Of a stretch of DNA of 64,000 bases, positions 47,059 through 56,212 are shown piece after piece. The stretch covers positions 576,001 to 640,000 of the forward strand of contig JAVZCZ010000001.1 of NCBI GenBank assembly GCA_038874135.1. Direction: 5' to 3'. The notes under the pieces were generated by a model. The model was not told the DNA's origin. It made no database searches and was given only the letters and a program-made list of their open reading frames with translations. Numbering within the stretch: the stretch's first letter is position 1; every line of letters starts with the position of its first letter. The translations under genes were made by a program, and so were the position numbers. The DNA is from Candidatus Woesearchaeota archaeon (GTDB taxonomy: Archaea > Nanobdellota > Nanobdellia > Woesearchaeales > 0-14-0-80-44-23).

Positions 47059-47411
47059 CCTATCACTTTAATCTCCTTCCCTTCAGGATTCTTTTTGAGC
47101 AGTTCTTCAATGCTCAAAATTTGGGCTCCTGCTCTTTTAAGCTTTTCAATAGCCTCTTTTGAGAAGTTTAATGCTGCTATTGTTATCTTATGCTCAATTT
47201 CTCCCGAGGCGAGAACTTTTCCGGGAACCACAACCACTTCATTTTCAGAGGTTAGTCTGTTCAACTTTGAAAGGTTTACAACCTTTTTCTTTCTAGTAGG
47301 CACGTTTAAGTCGTCAGCCACTTTTTTCCAGACAGGATTTCCAGCGTAGGAAGCCTGCCTGAGCATTTCTATTGTCCTCTTGTATATCTCATTTTTTGGA
47401 CGAATCTGCAT
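47055..47411 (-). CDS. rpl18e: 50S ribosomal protein L18e
   Basis: VNLSKLNR...VVVPGKVL. Start moved to 47411 so that it does not overlap tRNA-Leu. Confidence 0.94.
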   Translation of the reverse strand: MQIRPKNEIYKRTIEMLRQASYAGNPVWKKVADDLNVPTRKKKVVNLSKLNRLTSENEVVVVPGKVLASGEIEHKITIAALNFSKEAIEKLKRAGAQILSIEELLKKNPEGKEIKVIG

Positions 47412-47451
47412 TTGAACTACCTTTTTTTCTTTTTTTATATGCTTACCATGA

Positions 47452-47537
47452 TGCGGGGGACGTGATTTGAACACGCGAACCCACTAAGGGACAAGGCCCT
47501 CAACCTTGCGCATTTGACCAGGCTTTGCTACCCCCGC
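47452..47537 (-). tRNA. tRNA-Leu(GAG)
   Basis: Reverse complement: GCGGGGG/CCCCCGC-A acceptor, CAAGG-TTGAGGG-CCTTG anticodon arm, long variable arm, TTCAAAT T-loop. This is the usual position in this operon. Confidence 0.95.
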
Positions 47538-47546
47538 ATTGTGAAT

Positions 47547-48353
47547 TCAATCGTGCTTAGGGAGCCCTTCAACATTTTTTATGAACTCATCAATTTTGGA
47601 GTCTAAAATTTTTGAGGATTCCCTTACGATTTCCTTGCAGGAGAGTTGTCCCCAGCTTTCAATTGTAAATATGAACTCTTTCTCTTTCGGATTTACCCTG
47701 ACGGCTTTTGGCGCTGCTTCTGAGCATGCCAAGCAGAGTGTGCATTCATTCTCTTTTTGCTTATCAATTGAGAGCATTCCTTTATCGTAGAGGAGTATTT
47801 TCTTTGGACAGAGCTTGGCAGCAGTTTCAGCTCCTTCCGCCTTTGGGTTTATTATTTCTATCTCAGGAACAGATCTGTGGTATATAAGGCCAGGGCTCCA
47901 CTTTGCATGTACTTTTCCAATTCCTAGCACGGCAGTTGCTTCAAGTTCCAGCACTTGCCCTTTAAGGAGCTTTGCGATTATCATCTTGGGATGTACCGGC
48001 TTTATGTCCGGATCGCTGGATTTTAACTCAGATGCATAAACATATCCCGGCTCCTTTTTGCTCAGAGTGAATTTTACCTGGCATTTTGGACAGCCCTCGC
48101 CTTTGCAAGTGCACTTTTCAGGCAGGTTGTATGTTTTTAGGTCTGTTGTTAATGGTATGAGTCCAAGCCTGTGTGCTATTATTTCGTCATAAAGTCCTGA
48201 AGTGTTTTTCAGGAAGTGCACGTCCTCAATTGCCATTGTTGGAACTTCTTCAGTGCAGATTCTCCTTATAGCGTTTATGAAAGCAGGAGTTACTCCTCTG
48301 ACTATGAAGCTCATTTTTCCGTCTTTTTCTTTGCTAAGCTGTTCAACCTTCAT
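47547..48353 (-). CDS. rpoD: RNA polymerase subunit D (Rpo3) with ferredoxin-like domain
   Basis: NAIRR...EVPTMAI, EIIAHRLGLIP, HAKW, CP...CTLCLAC. Confidence 0.96.
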   Translation of the reverse strand: MKVEQLSKEKDGKMSFIVRGVTPAFINAIRRICTEEVPTMAIEDVHFLKNTSGLYDEIIAHRLGLIPLTTDLKTYNLPEKCTCKGEGCPKCQVKFTLSKKEPGYVYASELKSSDPDIKPVHPKMIIAKLLKGQVLELEATAVLGIGKVHAKWSPGLIYHRSVPEIEIINPKAEGAETAAKLCPKKILLYDKGMLSIDKQKENECTLCLACSEAAPKAVRVNPKEKEFIFTIESWGQLSCKEIVRESSKILDSKIDEFIKNVEGLPKHD

Positions 48354-48355
48354 TT

Positions 48356-48781
48356 TCAAACCCTTCTTCCCCTTTTTCCTCCCTTCTTTCTGCAACCATC
48401 ATGAGGTATTGGTGTTACGTCTTCTATTATTCCTATTCTGAGCCCCATTCTTGAAAGAGCTCTTACTGCCGCCTGCGCTCCCGGTCCTGGACTGTTGGGC
48501 CCGTTGTGGCCTCCAGGCGCTTTTATCTTAACATTAATTGCAGTTATTCCTTTTTCCATGGCGATTTCAGCAGCTTTCTTAGCAGCCATCATGGCTGCAG
48601 TTGGGCTTCCCTCTAATCTGTCTGCCTTGACCATCATTCCGCCTGAAACACGCGCTATGCTCTCGCTCCCGGTTATGTCTGTTATGTGTATTATCGTATT
48701 GTTGTATGAGGAGTATATGTGTGCAATTCCCCACTTGATTTTTCTTTCGCTGCTCCTCTTTTCAGGAGTGTTTTCGCTCAT
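48356..48781 (-). CDS. rps11: 30S ribosomal protein S11
   Basis: [28 protein letters not shown]. Confidence 0.98.
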   Translation of the reverse strand: MSENTPEKRSSERKIKWGIAHIYSSYNNTIIHITDITGSESIARVSGGMMVKADRLEGSPTAAMMAAKKAAEIAMEKGITAINVKIKAPGGHNGPNSPGPGAQAAVRALSRMGLRIGIIEDVTPIPHDGCRKKGGKRGRRV

Positions 48782-49347
48782 TTTTTCTCACCGCTGTTCT
48801 TTGGAGCTTCCTTCTTTTTTTCCCCTTTTTTCTGAACATTTCTTTCCGGATGGTCTGGAGAGGCAAATTTTGAGTCCGGTGATATGGTCACCAGCTCCTC
48901 TTCTACTCTTGATACGAGATACCCCGGCGAGGATATCTTTCTTTCACCAACCAATATGTGCCCGTGAGTTATCATCTGCCTAGCTTTTTTTGGAGTATTT
49001 GCGAATCCCTTTCTGTAAACTATTGATTGAAGTCGCCTGTCAAGTATCTTATCTAGCGTTAATGCTAAAGCATCGTCCAGCTGCGGGTTGGGATTTTGTG
49101 TAAATCCCATCTCATAAAGCTTTTTGAGCATTATTGCTCTCTCCTTTTCTGCCTGAATGTTTTTAGCAACTATGAGCTTCTTAGCCTGTTCTGTAAACTT
49201 CCTTAGTACTGCTTCCATTTTCCTAATTTCACGCTTATTCTTCAGCCCATAATTCTTTATCAGTGCCTTCTCAGCCTCTATCCTTTCCGCTTGCCACGGA
49301 TGAATTGGATTCTTGTATTTCTTTCTAAGTCTTCTCGGATCTCCCAT
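48778..49347 (-). CDS. rps4: 30S ribosomal protein S4
   Basis: [26 protein letters not shown]. Confidence 0.97.
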   Translation of the reverse strand: MGDPRRLRKKYKNPIHPWQAERIEAEKALIKNYGLKNKREIRKMEAVLRKFTEQAKKLIVAKNIQAEKERAIMLKKLYEMGFTQNPNPQLDDALALTLDKILDRRLQSIVYRKGFANTPKKARQMITHGHILVGERKISSPGYLVSRVEEELVTISPDSKFASPDHPERNVQKKGEKKKEAPKNSGEKK

Positions 49348-49363
49348 TTTTTATTCACCACAA

Positions 49364-49879
49364 CTACTTCTTTTCCTTCTCTGCAACAGCAGCCTTCGCC
49401 GCTTTTGATTTTATGACGCCAACAACTTTTCCTTTGTTCTTTCTGAAGTGGGATTTAGTGCGCTGTCCCCTAACCGTTAATCCAAGAGGAAGCCTTTGAC
49501 CCCTGTAGGTTTTTATCATTCTAAGGCGTTTTATATCATTCTCCTGAACATACTTGAGGTCGTTTCCGATCAGGTGCATGTCCTCTCCGCTTTCATAATC
49601 TTTTCTCCTGTTGAAAAGCCAAGATGGAATGCCGTACCTTGCAGGACTCCTTATTGAATCATCAATCTTTTTGAGCTGCTCATCTGAAAGTGTTCCAATC
49701 TGTGCGTATGGGTCCACGCCAGCCACTTGGCATACTGCGTTTATCATCATAAAGCTTAGGCCCTTTATCTTCCTAAGCCCATTAACTACCTTCTTGTTTC
49801 CATTTATGTCCGTGTTTGCAATTCTTACGATGTGCTTGAAGTTTTCCTGATGCTTTTGCTCTTTTTCCATTTTAACCAT
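49364..49879 (-). CDS. rps13: 30S ribosomal protein S13
   Basis: IVRIANTD, IPSWLFNRRKD, VRGQRT. Confidence 0.97.
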   Translation of the reverse strand: MVKMEKEQKHQENFKHIVRIANTDINGNKKVVNGLRKIKGLSFMMINAVCQVAGVDPYAQIGTLSDEQLKKIDDSIRSPARYGIPSWLFNRRKDYESGEDMHLIGNDLKYVQENDIKRLRMIKTYRGQRLPLGLTVRGQRTKSHFRKNKGKVVGVIKSKAAKAAVAEKEKK

Positions 49880-49972
49880 GCCAAAACCGGTTTAACATCC
49901 AGAGAACATTTAAAACCCTAAACGCGCTCTAGATGAACTCGGGCTTTTAAGAATGGGAAAAAGAAGCCATAT

Positions 49973-50329
49973 TTAAATCTTTCTGAGACGCCGACTCTCC
50001 TTCTGCTCTTTAAGATAAGGATGCCTCTTAATATTTCCGCAGTTTAGGCAGAAGTAACTGATTCGGCCTTTTCTAAGCCGCACCCTTAAGTTCCTTCCAG
50101 GTATTAATGGGGAGTAGCACTTCTTGCAAAATTTTCCTTTTAGTTCAGTTGGAATTTTTACCTTGTATTTTTGAGATATTCTTAATGCAAGAGCAACATA
50201 TCTTCTGGCTAGAGCAGGATTCTTTTCTGATAGAGAAAGCGTGAGAAGTTCGCTTATCTGCCTTTTCGCATTTTCTCTCACTCCTAAAGGCTTCTCCTTC
50301 CACTGCTGCTTGGTGCGAACTTCTTCCAT
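49973..50329 (-). CDS. rnp4: RNase P protein subunit Rpp21
   Basis: ARRYV...FCKKCYSPLIPG...CLNCG. Confidence 0.9.
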   Translation of the reverse strand: MEEVRTKQQWKEKPLGVRENAKRQISELLTLSLSEKNPALARRYVALALRISQKYKVKIPTELKGKFCKKCYSPLIPGRNLRVRLRKGRISYFCLNCGNIKRHPYLKEQKESRRLRKI

Positions 50330-50380
50330 TTAATTCTGAAAAAGAAGTAGTATATAAAAAGGTTAAAGAAATATCTCGGC

Positions 50381-50635
50381 CTATTTTCTTATCTTGCAGC
50401 AAATCTTGTCAGCACCGCAGCTCTGTGTTCCTGAAGGAATTTCTATGCTTCCATCAGTAATTTTGCAATTATCAGCAGCTGTACAAGTTCCGCCTAAGTC
50501 TTGGCAGTTGCTTGTTCCCCTTGCAAATATGCTTAGCTTCCCAGTGAAGATTGCAAACAACACTACTAAAACTACGAGCGCTATTATTGCTATTATTATC
50601 ACATTCACGGATAGTTCTACTCCTCTCCTCTTCAT
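50381..50635 (-). CDS. mini-pilin (class III signal peptide) with six-Cys defensin-like C-terminus
   Basis: KRRG|VELSVNVIIIAIIALVVL; C-x6-C-x5-C-x15-C-x5-CC. Confidence 0.8.
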   Translation of the reverse strand: MKRRGVELSVNVIIIAIIALVVLVVLFAIFTGKLSIFARGTSNCQDLGGTCTAADNCKITDGSIEIPSGTQSCGADKICCKIRK

Positions 50636-50644
50636 TTTTTCACC

Positions 50645-50902
50645 TCACGGATTTTTTCCTGGTAAGCAGCAAACTTCTCCATTGTTACTGCACTTGGCAG
50701 ATGGAAAGGGCGTTTCATCCATCTCGCACAGTCCTTGTCTGCAAATTCCTCCTTTTTTAGTGCAATCGCCCTGAAATCTTTCAGTATTCTCTCCCATAAC
50801 ATTAGTAAATATGAGTATTACAACTCCCAGAACGACAAGTGCTATTATCGCAATTATTACCACATTTATAGATAGTTCAACTCCCCTCCTTTCTTTCATC
50901 AT
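50645..50902 (-). CDS. mini-pilin (class III signal peptide) with six-Cys defensin-like C-terminus
   Basis: ERRG|VELSINVVIIAIIALVVL; C-x6-C-x4-C-x11-C-x6-CC. Confidence 0.8.
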   Translation of the reverse strand: MMKERRGVELSINVVIIAIIALVVLGVVILIFTNVMGENTERFQGDCTKKGGICRQGLCEMDETPFPSAKCSNNGEVCCLPGKNP

Positions 50903-51007
50903 CTCGCTCTTATTTTTTTCTCTATTTAAATCTTTCCTTAGCTTTTGATTTTCCTGTATAAAAAAATATATAAAGCATTGTAGTTTCTATTTTGCTCGGG
51001 AAAGACT

Positions 51008-51982
51008 ATGGAGAGCTCCATCTGGACTGAGAAGTATAGGCCCGAAGACTTTTCTGATATAATAGGGCAGGATGAAGTTGTCAGGAGGGTTAAGGCTTTT
51101 GTCAAGAGTGGCAACATGCCCCACCTAATGTTTGCAGGCCCGGCTGGCACTGGAAAAACTTCTCTGGCAATTGTTATTGCTAAGAAGCTTTTTTCTGAAA
51201 GCTGGAGGGAGAACTTTCTTGAGCTGAACGCTTCTGACGAGAGGGGCATAGATGTTATAAGGGAGAATGTCAAGAACTTTGCGAGGACCAAGACTATAGG
51301 GGACGCCCCTTTTAAGATTATCTACCTTGATGAGAGTGATGCTCTCACCAGAGAGGCTCAGCAGGCTCTCAGGAGAACCATGGAGAATTATACTAGAACA
51401 TGCAGGTTTATTCTCTCATGTAATTATTCTTCAAAGATAATTGAGCCTATACAGTCTAGGTGTGCTGTTTTCAGGTTTCAACGCCTGAGCAAGGAGGACA
51501 TATTCAAAATTATAGAGAGGATTGCAAAATCAGAGAACCTTGTCGTTGAGAAGGATGCAATGGAGGCGCTCTACTCTGCGTCTCAGGGCGATTGCAGAAA
51601 GCTTGAGAATATAATGCAGAGCTGCGCAGCACTCTCTTCAAAAATAACAGAAAAGGCAGTTTACGATGTTGCAGCTTATGCCAGACCTGCCGAGCTGAAG
51701 CATGTTCTTGAAATTGCCATTTCAGGAAGGTTTGAGGAATCAAGGAACAAGCTTTTTGAGATCATGTCCAGCCATGGGCTTTCCGGATTGGACATCCTTG
51801 GGCAGATGCAGTCTGAAATTCTGAAGCTCACTATTGATAATAGGGCAAAGATGTGGCTGATTGAAAAAGTTGGAGAGATAGAATTTAGAATAGTTGAGGG
51901 GTCTGACGAGAAAGTTCAATTAGAAGCCCTTCTTGCTTCATTCTGCCTGGCAGGACATTCAAAAAAAGAATCTGAGAAGTAG
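51008..51982 (+). CDS. rfcS: replication factor C small subunit
   Basis: WTEKYRP, GPAGTGKT, ELNASDERG, LDESD, QSRC. No intein. Confidence 0.97.
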   Translation: MESSIWTEKYRPEDFSDIIGQDEVVRRVKAFVKSGNMPHLMFAGPAGTGKTSLAIVIAKKLFSESWRENFLELNASDERGIDVIRENVKNFARTKTIGDAPFKIIYLDESDALTREAQQALRRTMENYTRTCRFILSCNYSSKIIEPIQSRCAVFRFQRLSKEDIFKIIERIAKSENLVVEKDAMEALYSASQGDCRKLENIMQSCAALSSKITEKAVYDVAAYARPAELKHVLEIAISGRFEESRNKLFEIMSSHGLSGLDILGQMQSEILKLTIDNRAKMWLIEKVGEIEFRIVEGSDEKVQLEALLASFCLAGHSKKESEK

Positions 51983-51987
51983 CTAAA

Positions 51988-53352
51988 ATGCTTTCAAAAA
52001 AAGGCGCTCCAAAAAAGACAGGCACTCAATCTGCCGAAAGAAGCCCTTCTAGGATTAATGCGAAGGCTGAAGCATCTTCTTCCTATGGCGAATCAGAACA
52101 GGCTTTGAAACAAAATTCAACTGTTGACAAGCTGGAGTATGTAGCCATGAGGGAGCGGCTTATTGAAGCGTCTAGAATAATAAGGCGTCTCTCCTCAGAA
52201 AATGAAGCCTTAAAAAACCGTCTTGCTCAATTAGTTGAGGAGCAGGCGCAGAAGCCAGTTCCAAACGAGGAGCTCTTATCTGCTCTTGAAAAGCGCTCTG
52301 CAGAAGTGCTGCAGCTTAAGTCCCAACTTTTAAATGAGCTTAAATATAGAGACTCTGCAGCTGAGCAGATTAGGGCCTTAGAATCGCAGATTTCGCACCT
52401 TAACAGCACAATTCTGACTCTTACAGAGGCGCTTAAAAATAGGGATTCTGTAGAGGAAGCAATGAGTTCTCAGCTTTTAGATTTGAAACAGCAGCTGGCA
52501 GATCGTGACCAAATAATAAGGGAACTGAGAAGTCACTTTCACGAGCGAAACAAGATTGAAGAACAGCTCATTTCAGATATAGGTGCACTGAAAAAAAATC
52601 TTGCCGAGAAAAATTCCACAATAGAAGAGCTTCTAAGAACAAACAAGTCCCTAGTTGAGATGAACAGAAGCACTGACGAGCTTGCAAGAAAAAAGGAAAA
52701 AGAGCTTGAGTTGGCATTAAAGCAGATTGATTCAATGAAGGAGCAGATAGAAAACCTCAATTCACAAATTAGAAGCCAGCAGGAAGAACATAAAAAGACG
52801 CTTGAAGATGTCAAAAGGGCGTTTGAGCTTGAGAGGAAAATGCTTCTTGAGGAGTTTTCAGAGAAAGAGGCAACACTCAGGTCCAGAATTTCCGAGATGG
52901 AAGCAGCTATGACAGATATGAAAAAGACAATAGAATTAAGAAATTCCGAAATTTCTTCAATGGCAGCTGCACTTAATCAGCAAGTTTCAATGCTTTCCCA
53001 GCTCTCGCAGATGCCAAAGAGCGTTACAGAAAGGGTTGAAGAACTTAAGCAGCCGATCCTTCAAAAAAATTCAAGAGCAAAACCTAAGGAAAGGTTAAAA
53101 ATTGAAGAGAGAAAGGAAGTTTTACGCATTCCAGAACCTCCAGCTCAGATACGAGATTCTAATAAGACCGTTAGCGCTTATGATAATATTAGTGAGGAGC
53201 GCCTAGAAGAGATACGCGCCGCTCTAGAAATAGCTGCGATGCGCAAGGAGCCTTTGGCTAGAACAAAAAAATCTCTTCTCAGCTCAGGCTACTCTGAAGC
53301 AGAGATAGACTTGGCATTATCACAGGTTAACAAAGAAAAAGAAAGGCAGTAA
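51988..53352 (+). CDS. long coiled-coil protein
   Basis: About 300 aa of heptad-rich E/K/L/Q sequence; C-terminal LLSSGYSEAEID helical motif. Confidence 0.7.
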   Translation: MLSKKGAPKKTGTQSAERSPSRINAKAEASSSYGESEQALKQNSTVDKLEYVAMRERLIEASRIIRRLSSENEALKNRLAQLVEEQAQKPVPNEELLSALEKRSAEVLQLKSQLLNELKYRDSAAEQIRALESQISHLNSTILTLTEALKNRDSVEEAMSSQLLDLKQQLADRDQIIRELRSHFHERNKIEEQLISDIGALKKNLAEKNSTIEELLRTNKSLVEMNRSTDELARKKEKELELALKQIDSMKEQIENLNSQIRSQQEEHKKTLEDVKRAFELERKMLLEEFSEKEATLRSRISEMEAAMTDMKKTIELRNSEISSMAAALNQQVSMLSQLSQMPKSVTERVEELKQPILQKNSRAKPKERLKIEERKEVLRIPEPPAQIRDSNKTVSAYDNISEERLEEIRAALEIAAMRKEPLARTKKSLLSSGYSEAEIDLALSQVNKEKERQ

Positions 53353-53359
53353 GAAAGGT

Positions 53360-54301
53360 TTAACAGCTCTTCTTTACAACTATCGGCTGTATCTTATATG
53401 AGAGGTAGTCATATGTTAGTGTTATGGTTACATCCTTCTGATAATCCACCCTTCCCTGCCCAGTTGGAACTTTTTGTATGCAATTAACTATTGCCTTTCC
53501 AGCTCCCTTGTCACTGCTAAGCGTTATGAATCCTGAAGTGTCCGAGCCATCCCTTAAACCAGTGCATCTCAGCCCAGGTATGCCGCTCTCAATTGTGAAT
53601 AACACCCTATTCCTATTGGCAAAAGTGTCTAAACATCCGGAATCCTGCTTAAAGACATTGCCGTTCCCCTTATGCTCTACAGTTATTTCAAACCTCACCT
53701 GATCTGTACCGGCTACGCTCTCAACAAAAGAGGTAACCTGTATTGGAGCACCGGAATTGGCCACCTGCTTTGCCCCATCTATAGTGCAGGCACCCTTGCT
53801 TGTGTCCCTGAGGTTGCTTTTTATGCACGCCTGCGCGATTGCTGTTGTCTTATAGTTGTAACATATTTCAGCTCTTAGTGTTGGATATTTTATGTCGCCC
53901 AGCACGTTTCCTCTGTAAGCAAGATTTGGAAATTCCACCTGAACTGGGATGGACGGCTGATTAACCTTTTTTCCTATTAAATCTTCAGGGGGGTGCTTAC
54001 TGAATTCAGCTGGCGAATATCCAAACTGTTCTGGCATTATGCCCGTTATTGTAACTAGAGCCTTATCTTTAGGAACGTCGTACTCTCCATCATTATTGAG
54101 TTCAACTATTATATCAAACTGGTTAGTACTACCAGCGCAGGAGTCAAACACCTCTGCAGGCGGCGACTCAGGAGCAAAGTTAATCAGCACCCCGTTTGTT
54201 CCTCCCGCAAAGGTTCTTGTTGTTGAACTGGTGTTCTCAGTGCATCCTAAAGACATTAGGATTCCTAAAATTAAGATTCCAAAGAGTATTTCTCTCTTCA
54301 T
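53360..54301 (-). CDS. lipoprotein, Ig-like paralogue 3
   Basis: Lipobox SLGC; G.NGV.I.F...SPP; CYNYKT...CI; SGAPIQV; terminal YDY. Confidence 0.75.
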   Translation of the reverse strand: MKREILFGILILGILMSLGCTENTSSTTRTFAGGTNGVLINFAPESPPAEVFDSCAGSTNQFDIIVELNNDGEYDVPKDKALVTITGIMPEQFGYSPAEFSKHPPEDLIGKKVNQPSIPVQVEFPNLAYRGNVLGDIKYPTLRAEICYNYKTTAIAQACIKSNLRDTSKGACTIDGAKQVANSGAPIQVTSFVESVAGTDQVRFEITVEHKGNGNVFKQDSGCLDTFANRNRVLFTIESGIPGLRCTGLRDGSDTSGFITLSSDKGAGKAIVNCIQKVPTGQGRVDYQKDVTITLTYDYLSYKIQPIVVKKSC

Positions 54302-54310
54302 TTTTAACCC

Positions 54311-55216
54311 TCACAATCTTATTAGCTTGACATTTTTAACAGTTGAATATTTATAGCCATATTCCAGTGTAAGCTGGACGTTTGTAGTGTAAGCGCTCTG
54401 AGAGCTGCTCAGCCCAGAAACCTTGCATACAACTATGCCCTCCCCATTCACCAGTCTTACATCGCTCGGAGTGCAACTCATCTGACGGTCTGATAGGCTT
54501 CCAGACACCTTAACAAGGTTCTGCTTGCTCAGGTCAGCAGACATGCAGGTTCCAGTGCTGTCAGAAGATATTACTTCGCCTCCTCCAACATTCTTTATTG
54601 TAAAAGTGAATATTACATTTCCAACTCCTGATTCCTGCTGTATTGAAGTTACAGAAACTGGACCACCCTGACCTCCTGACATTGAAATTGACCTAGCAGG
54701 CTTGCACGCCTTTGTGCCCGGCTTAGACGGGTTTGGGTCTATGCACACTGTTGTTCCTGCAATTGTCTTATACTTGTAGCAGGCAGTTGCCATAAGGGGG
54801 ATTTCTATAAAGTCAACTCCAGAGGGCATTCTAAATTCAAAGTTTCCCACCTCTACATACTCTAAAGAGCCTGAAGGATTTTTGGATTCTTCTTTACCTT
54901 CCAGCCTTTTAACGCTTACTGTGCTTGGCAGTGGCAATATGTTTGGATCGTAACCGCTAAGGTATATTGTTGCTCCATCGCAGCTTTCCGCCCCCAAGTT
55001 TCTTACTTCAATGCTTACTGCCACTCTATTGTCACCCCCTTGGCTGTAGTGTAAACTCTCAGGTGGGCTGCTCTCTGCGAAGTTTATTTCAACTCCTTTT
55101 GTTCCAGTGCGATAGTTAGTAGTGCTCTTGCTTGAAGGGCCGCACCCATAAGCCAGAATCAAGAGAAATAGCGTTGCAAAGATTGCTGAATTTTTTAAAA
55201 CCTTGTTTGCTCTCAT
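54311..55216 (-). CDS. lipoprotein, Ig-like paralogue 2
   Basis: Lipobox AYGC; GTKGVEINF...PP; ACYKYKT...CIDP; GGPVSV; YGY. Confidence 0.75.
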   Translation of the reverse strand: MRANKVLKNSAIFATLFLLILAYGCGPSSKSTTNYRTGTKGVEINFAESSPPESLHYSQGGDNRVAVSIEVRNLGAESCDGATIYLSGYDPNILPLPSTVSVKRLEGKEESKNPSGSLEYVEVGNFEFRMPSGVDFIEIPLMATACYKYKTIAGTTVCIDPNPSKPGTKACKPARSISMSGGQGGPVSVTSIQQESGVGNVIFTFTIKNVGGGEVISSDSTGTCMSADLSKQNLVKVSGSLSDRQMSCTPSDVRLVNGEGIVVCKVSGLSSSQSAYTTNVQLTLEYGYKYSTVKNVKLIRL

Positions 55217-55270
55217 TTTTCTTCACTCTCCAATAGCGTTTAATTATATAAAGTTTTCTTTAATCTTTTC

Positions 55271-56212
55271 CTATCCTGGCAGTTTTTTAATTATCACTTC
55301 TTTAGTTGCAATCTGTACATAGCCGTAGCTAACATTTATTAACAACGGGCTTACATAGGAGCCGTCGCTAACCTTTAAGATTCCAGTTTCGCAGGTTACA
55401 ATGTCTTCAGAATTCTGCGAGAGGTCTGCATAGTTTCGCTTTCCGCAGTTCAACTCTTTATCCCCAAGCTTGGCGCTGACATATGCCCTTCCAAAGTATG
55501 CTGAAGGAGCGCCCGTCACCTTGGTGTTAGAGCATAAGACTTCCCACTTTCCTTTATCTACTACAATTCCATCCCCTACATTTCTTATCTTTATTGTGAA
55601 TACCATTTTTACTTCGCTCTCGCTTTGAAATAATTTTGCGGCGTCTATCTCGCTAATTACAATCGGCGCTCCCTGACTGGAGAGTGTTGTTTTCTCTCTG
55701 AATGTGCACGGCTTTCTTCCACCTTCATATATCGAGGTATCAACACAGAAGGAGGTTGTAGCAATTGTGTAATAAGGGTAACATGCAGTTGCAGTTATTT
55801 CAGTGTTTATTTCGTTGAGGCCCAACTCTTCAGGAGCGCTTAGCATAAATATTTTAAAACTTCTTCCACCAATAAATGTTCTAGTGTCTTCCCTGCCGGG
55901 AATTTTAAATCTAAAAAAGTCATCATTTTTTATCATCTTTTCTGTCGGAAATTCAGGAGCATTTATTATGAGCACTCCATCTAAGGCAACAGCACCCGCG
56001 TTTTCCAACATTATACCTACTGGGAATTCCGTGCCTGCATATACAATGTCTGGAGGTGAATTTTTCATGAATGAAATTCTCAAAGCTTCTGTCCCGCTAT
56101 GGGCATTGAATGGTAAGGCTCCAGGCGAGTAGGTGCATCCCGAAATTATAACTAACAATATCACGATCGGAGTAGCCGTCTTAATGATTTTAAGCTCTGC
56201 AGCCCTAAACAT
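55271..56212 (-). CDS. lipoprotein, Ig-like paralogue 1
   Basis: Lipobox ISGC; GTEALRISF...PP; ACYPYYT...CVD; SQGAPIVI; YGY. Confidence 0.75.
   Translation of the reverse strand: MFRAAELKIIKTATPIVILLVIISGCTYSPGALPFNAHSGTEALRISFMKNSPPDIVYAGTEFPVGIMLENAGAVALDGVLIINAPEFPTEKMIKNDDFFRFKIPGREDTRTFIGGRSFKIFMLSAPEELGLNEINTEITATACYPYYTIATTSFCVDTSIYEGGRKPCTFREKTTLSSQGAPIVISEIDAAKLFQSESEVKMVFTIKIRNVGDGIVVDKGKWEVLCSNTKVTGAPSAYFGRAYVSAKLGDKELNCGKRNYADLSQNSEDIVTCETGILKVSDGSYVSPLLINVSYGYVQIATKEVIIKKLPG

Noticed and set aside
47412-47474. N-terminal extension of L18e in the ORF track
   Set aside because: It overlaps tRNA-Leu; the start at 47411 is more plausible.
49880-49972. Structured RNA leader of the S13 operon
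   Set aside because: No convincing stems or recognisable motif by eye.
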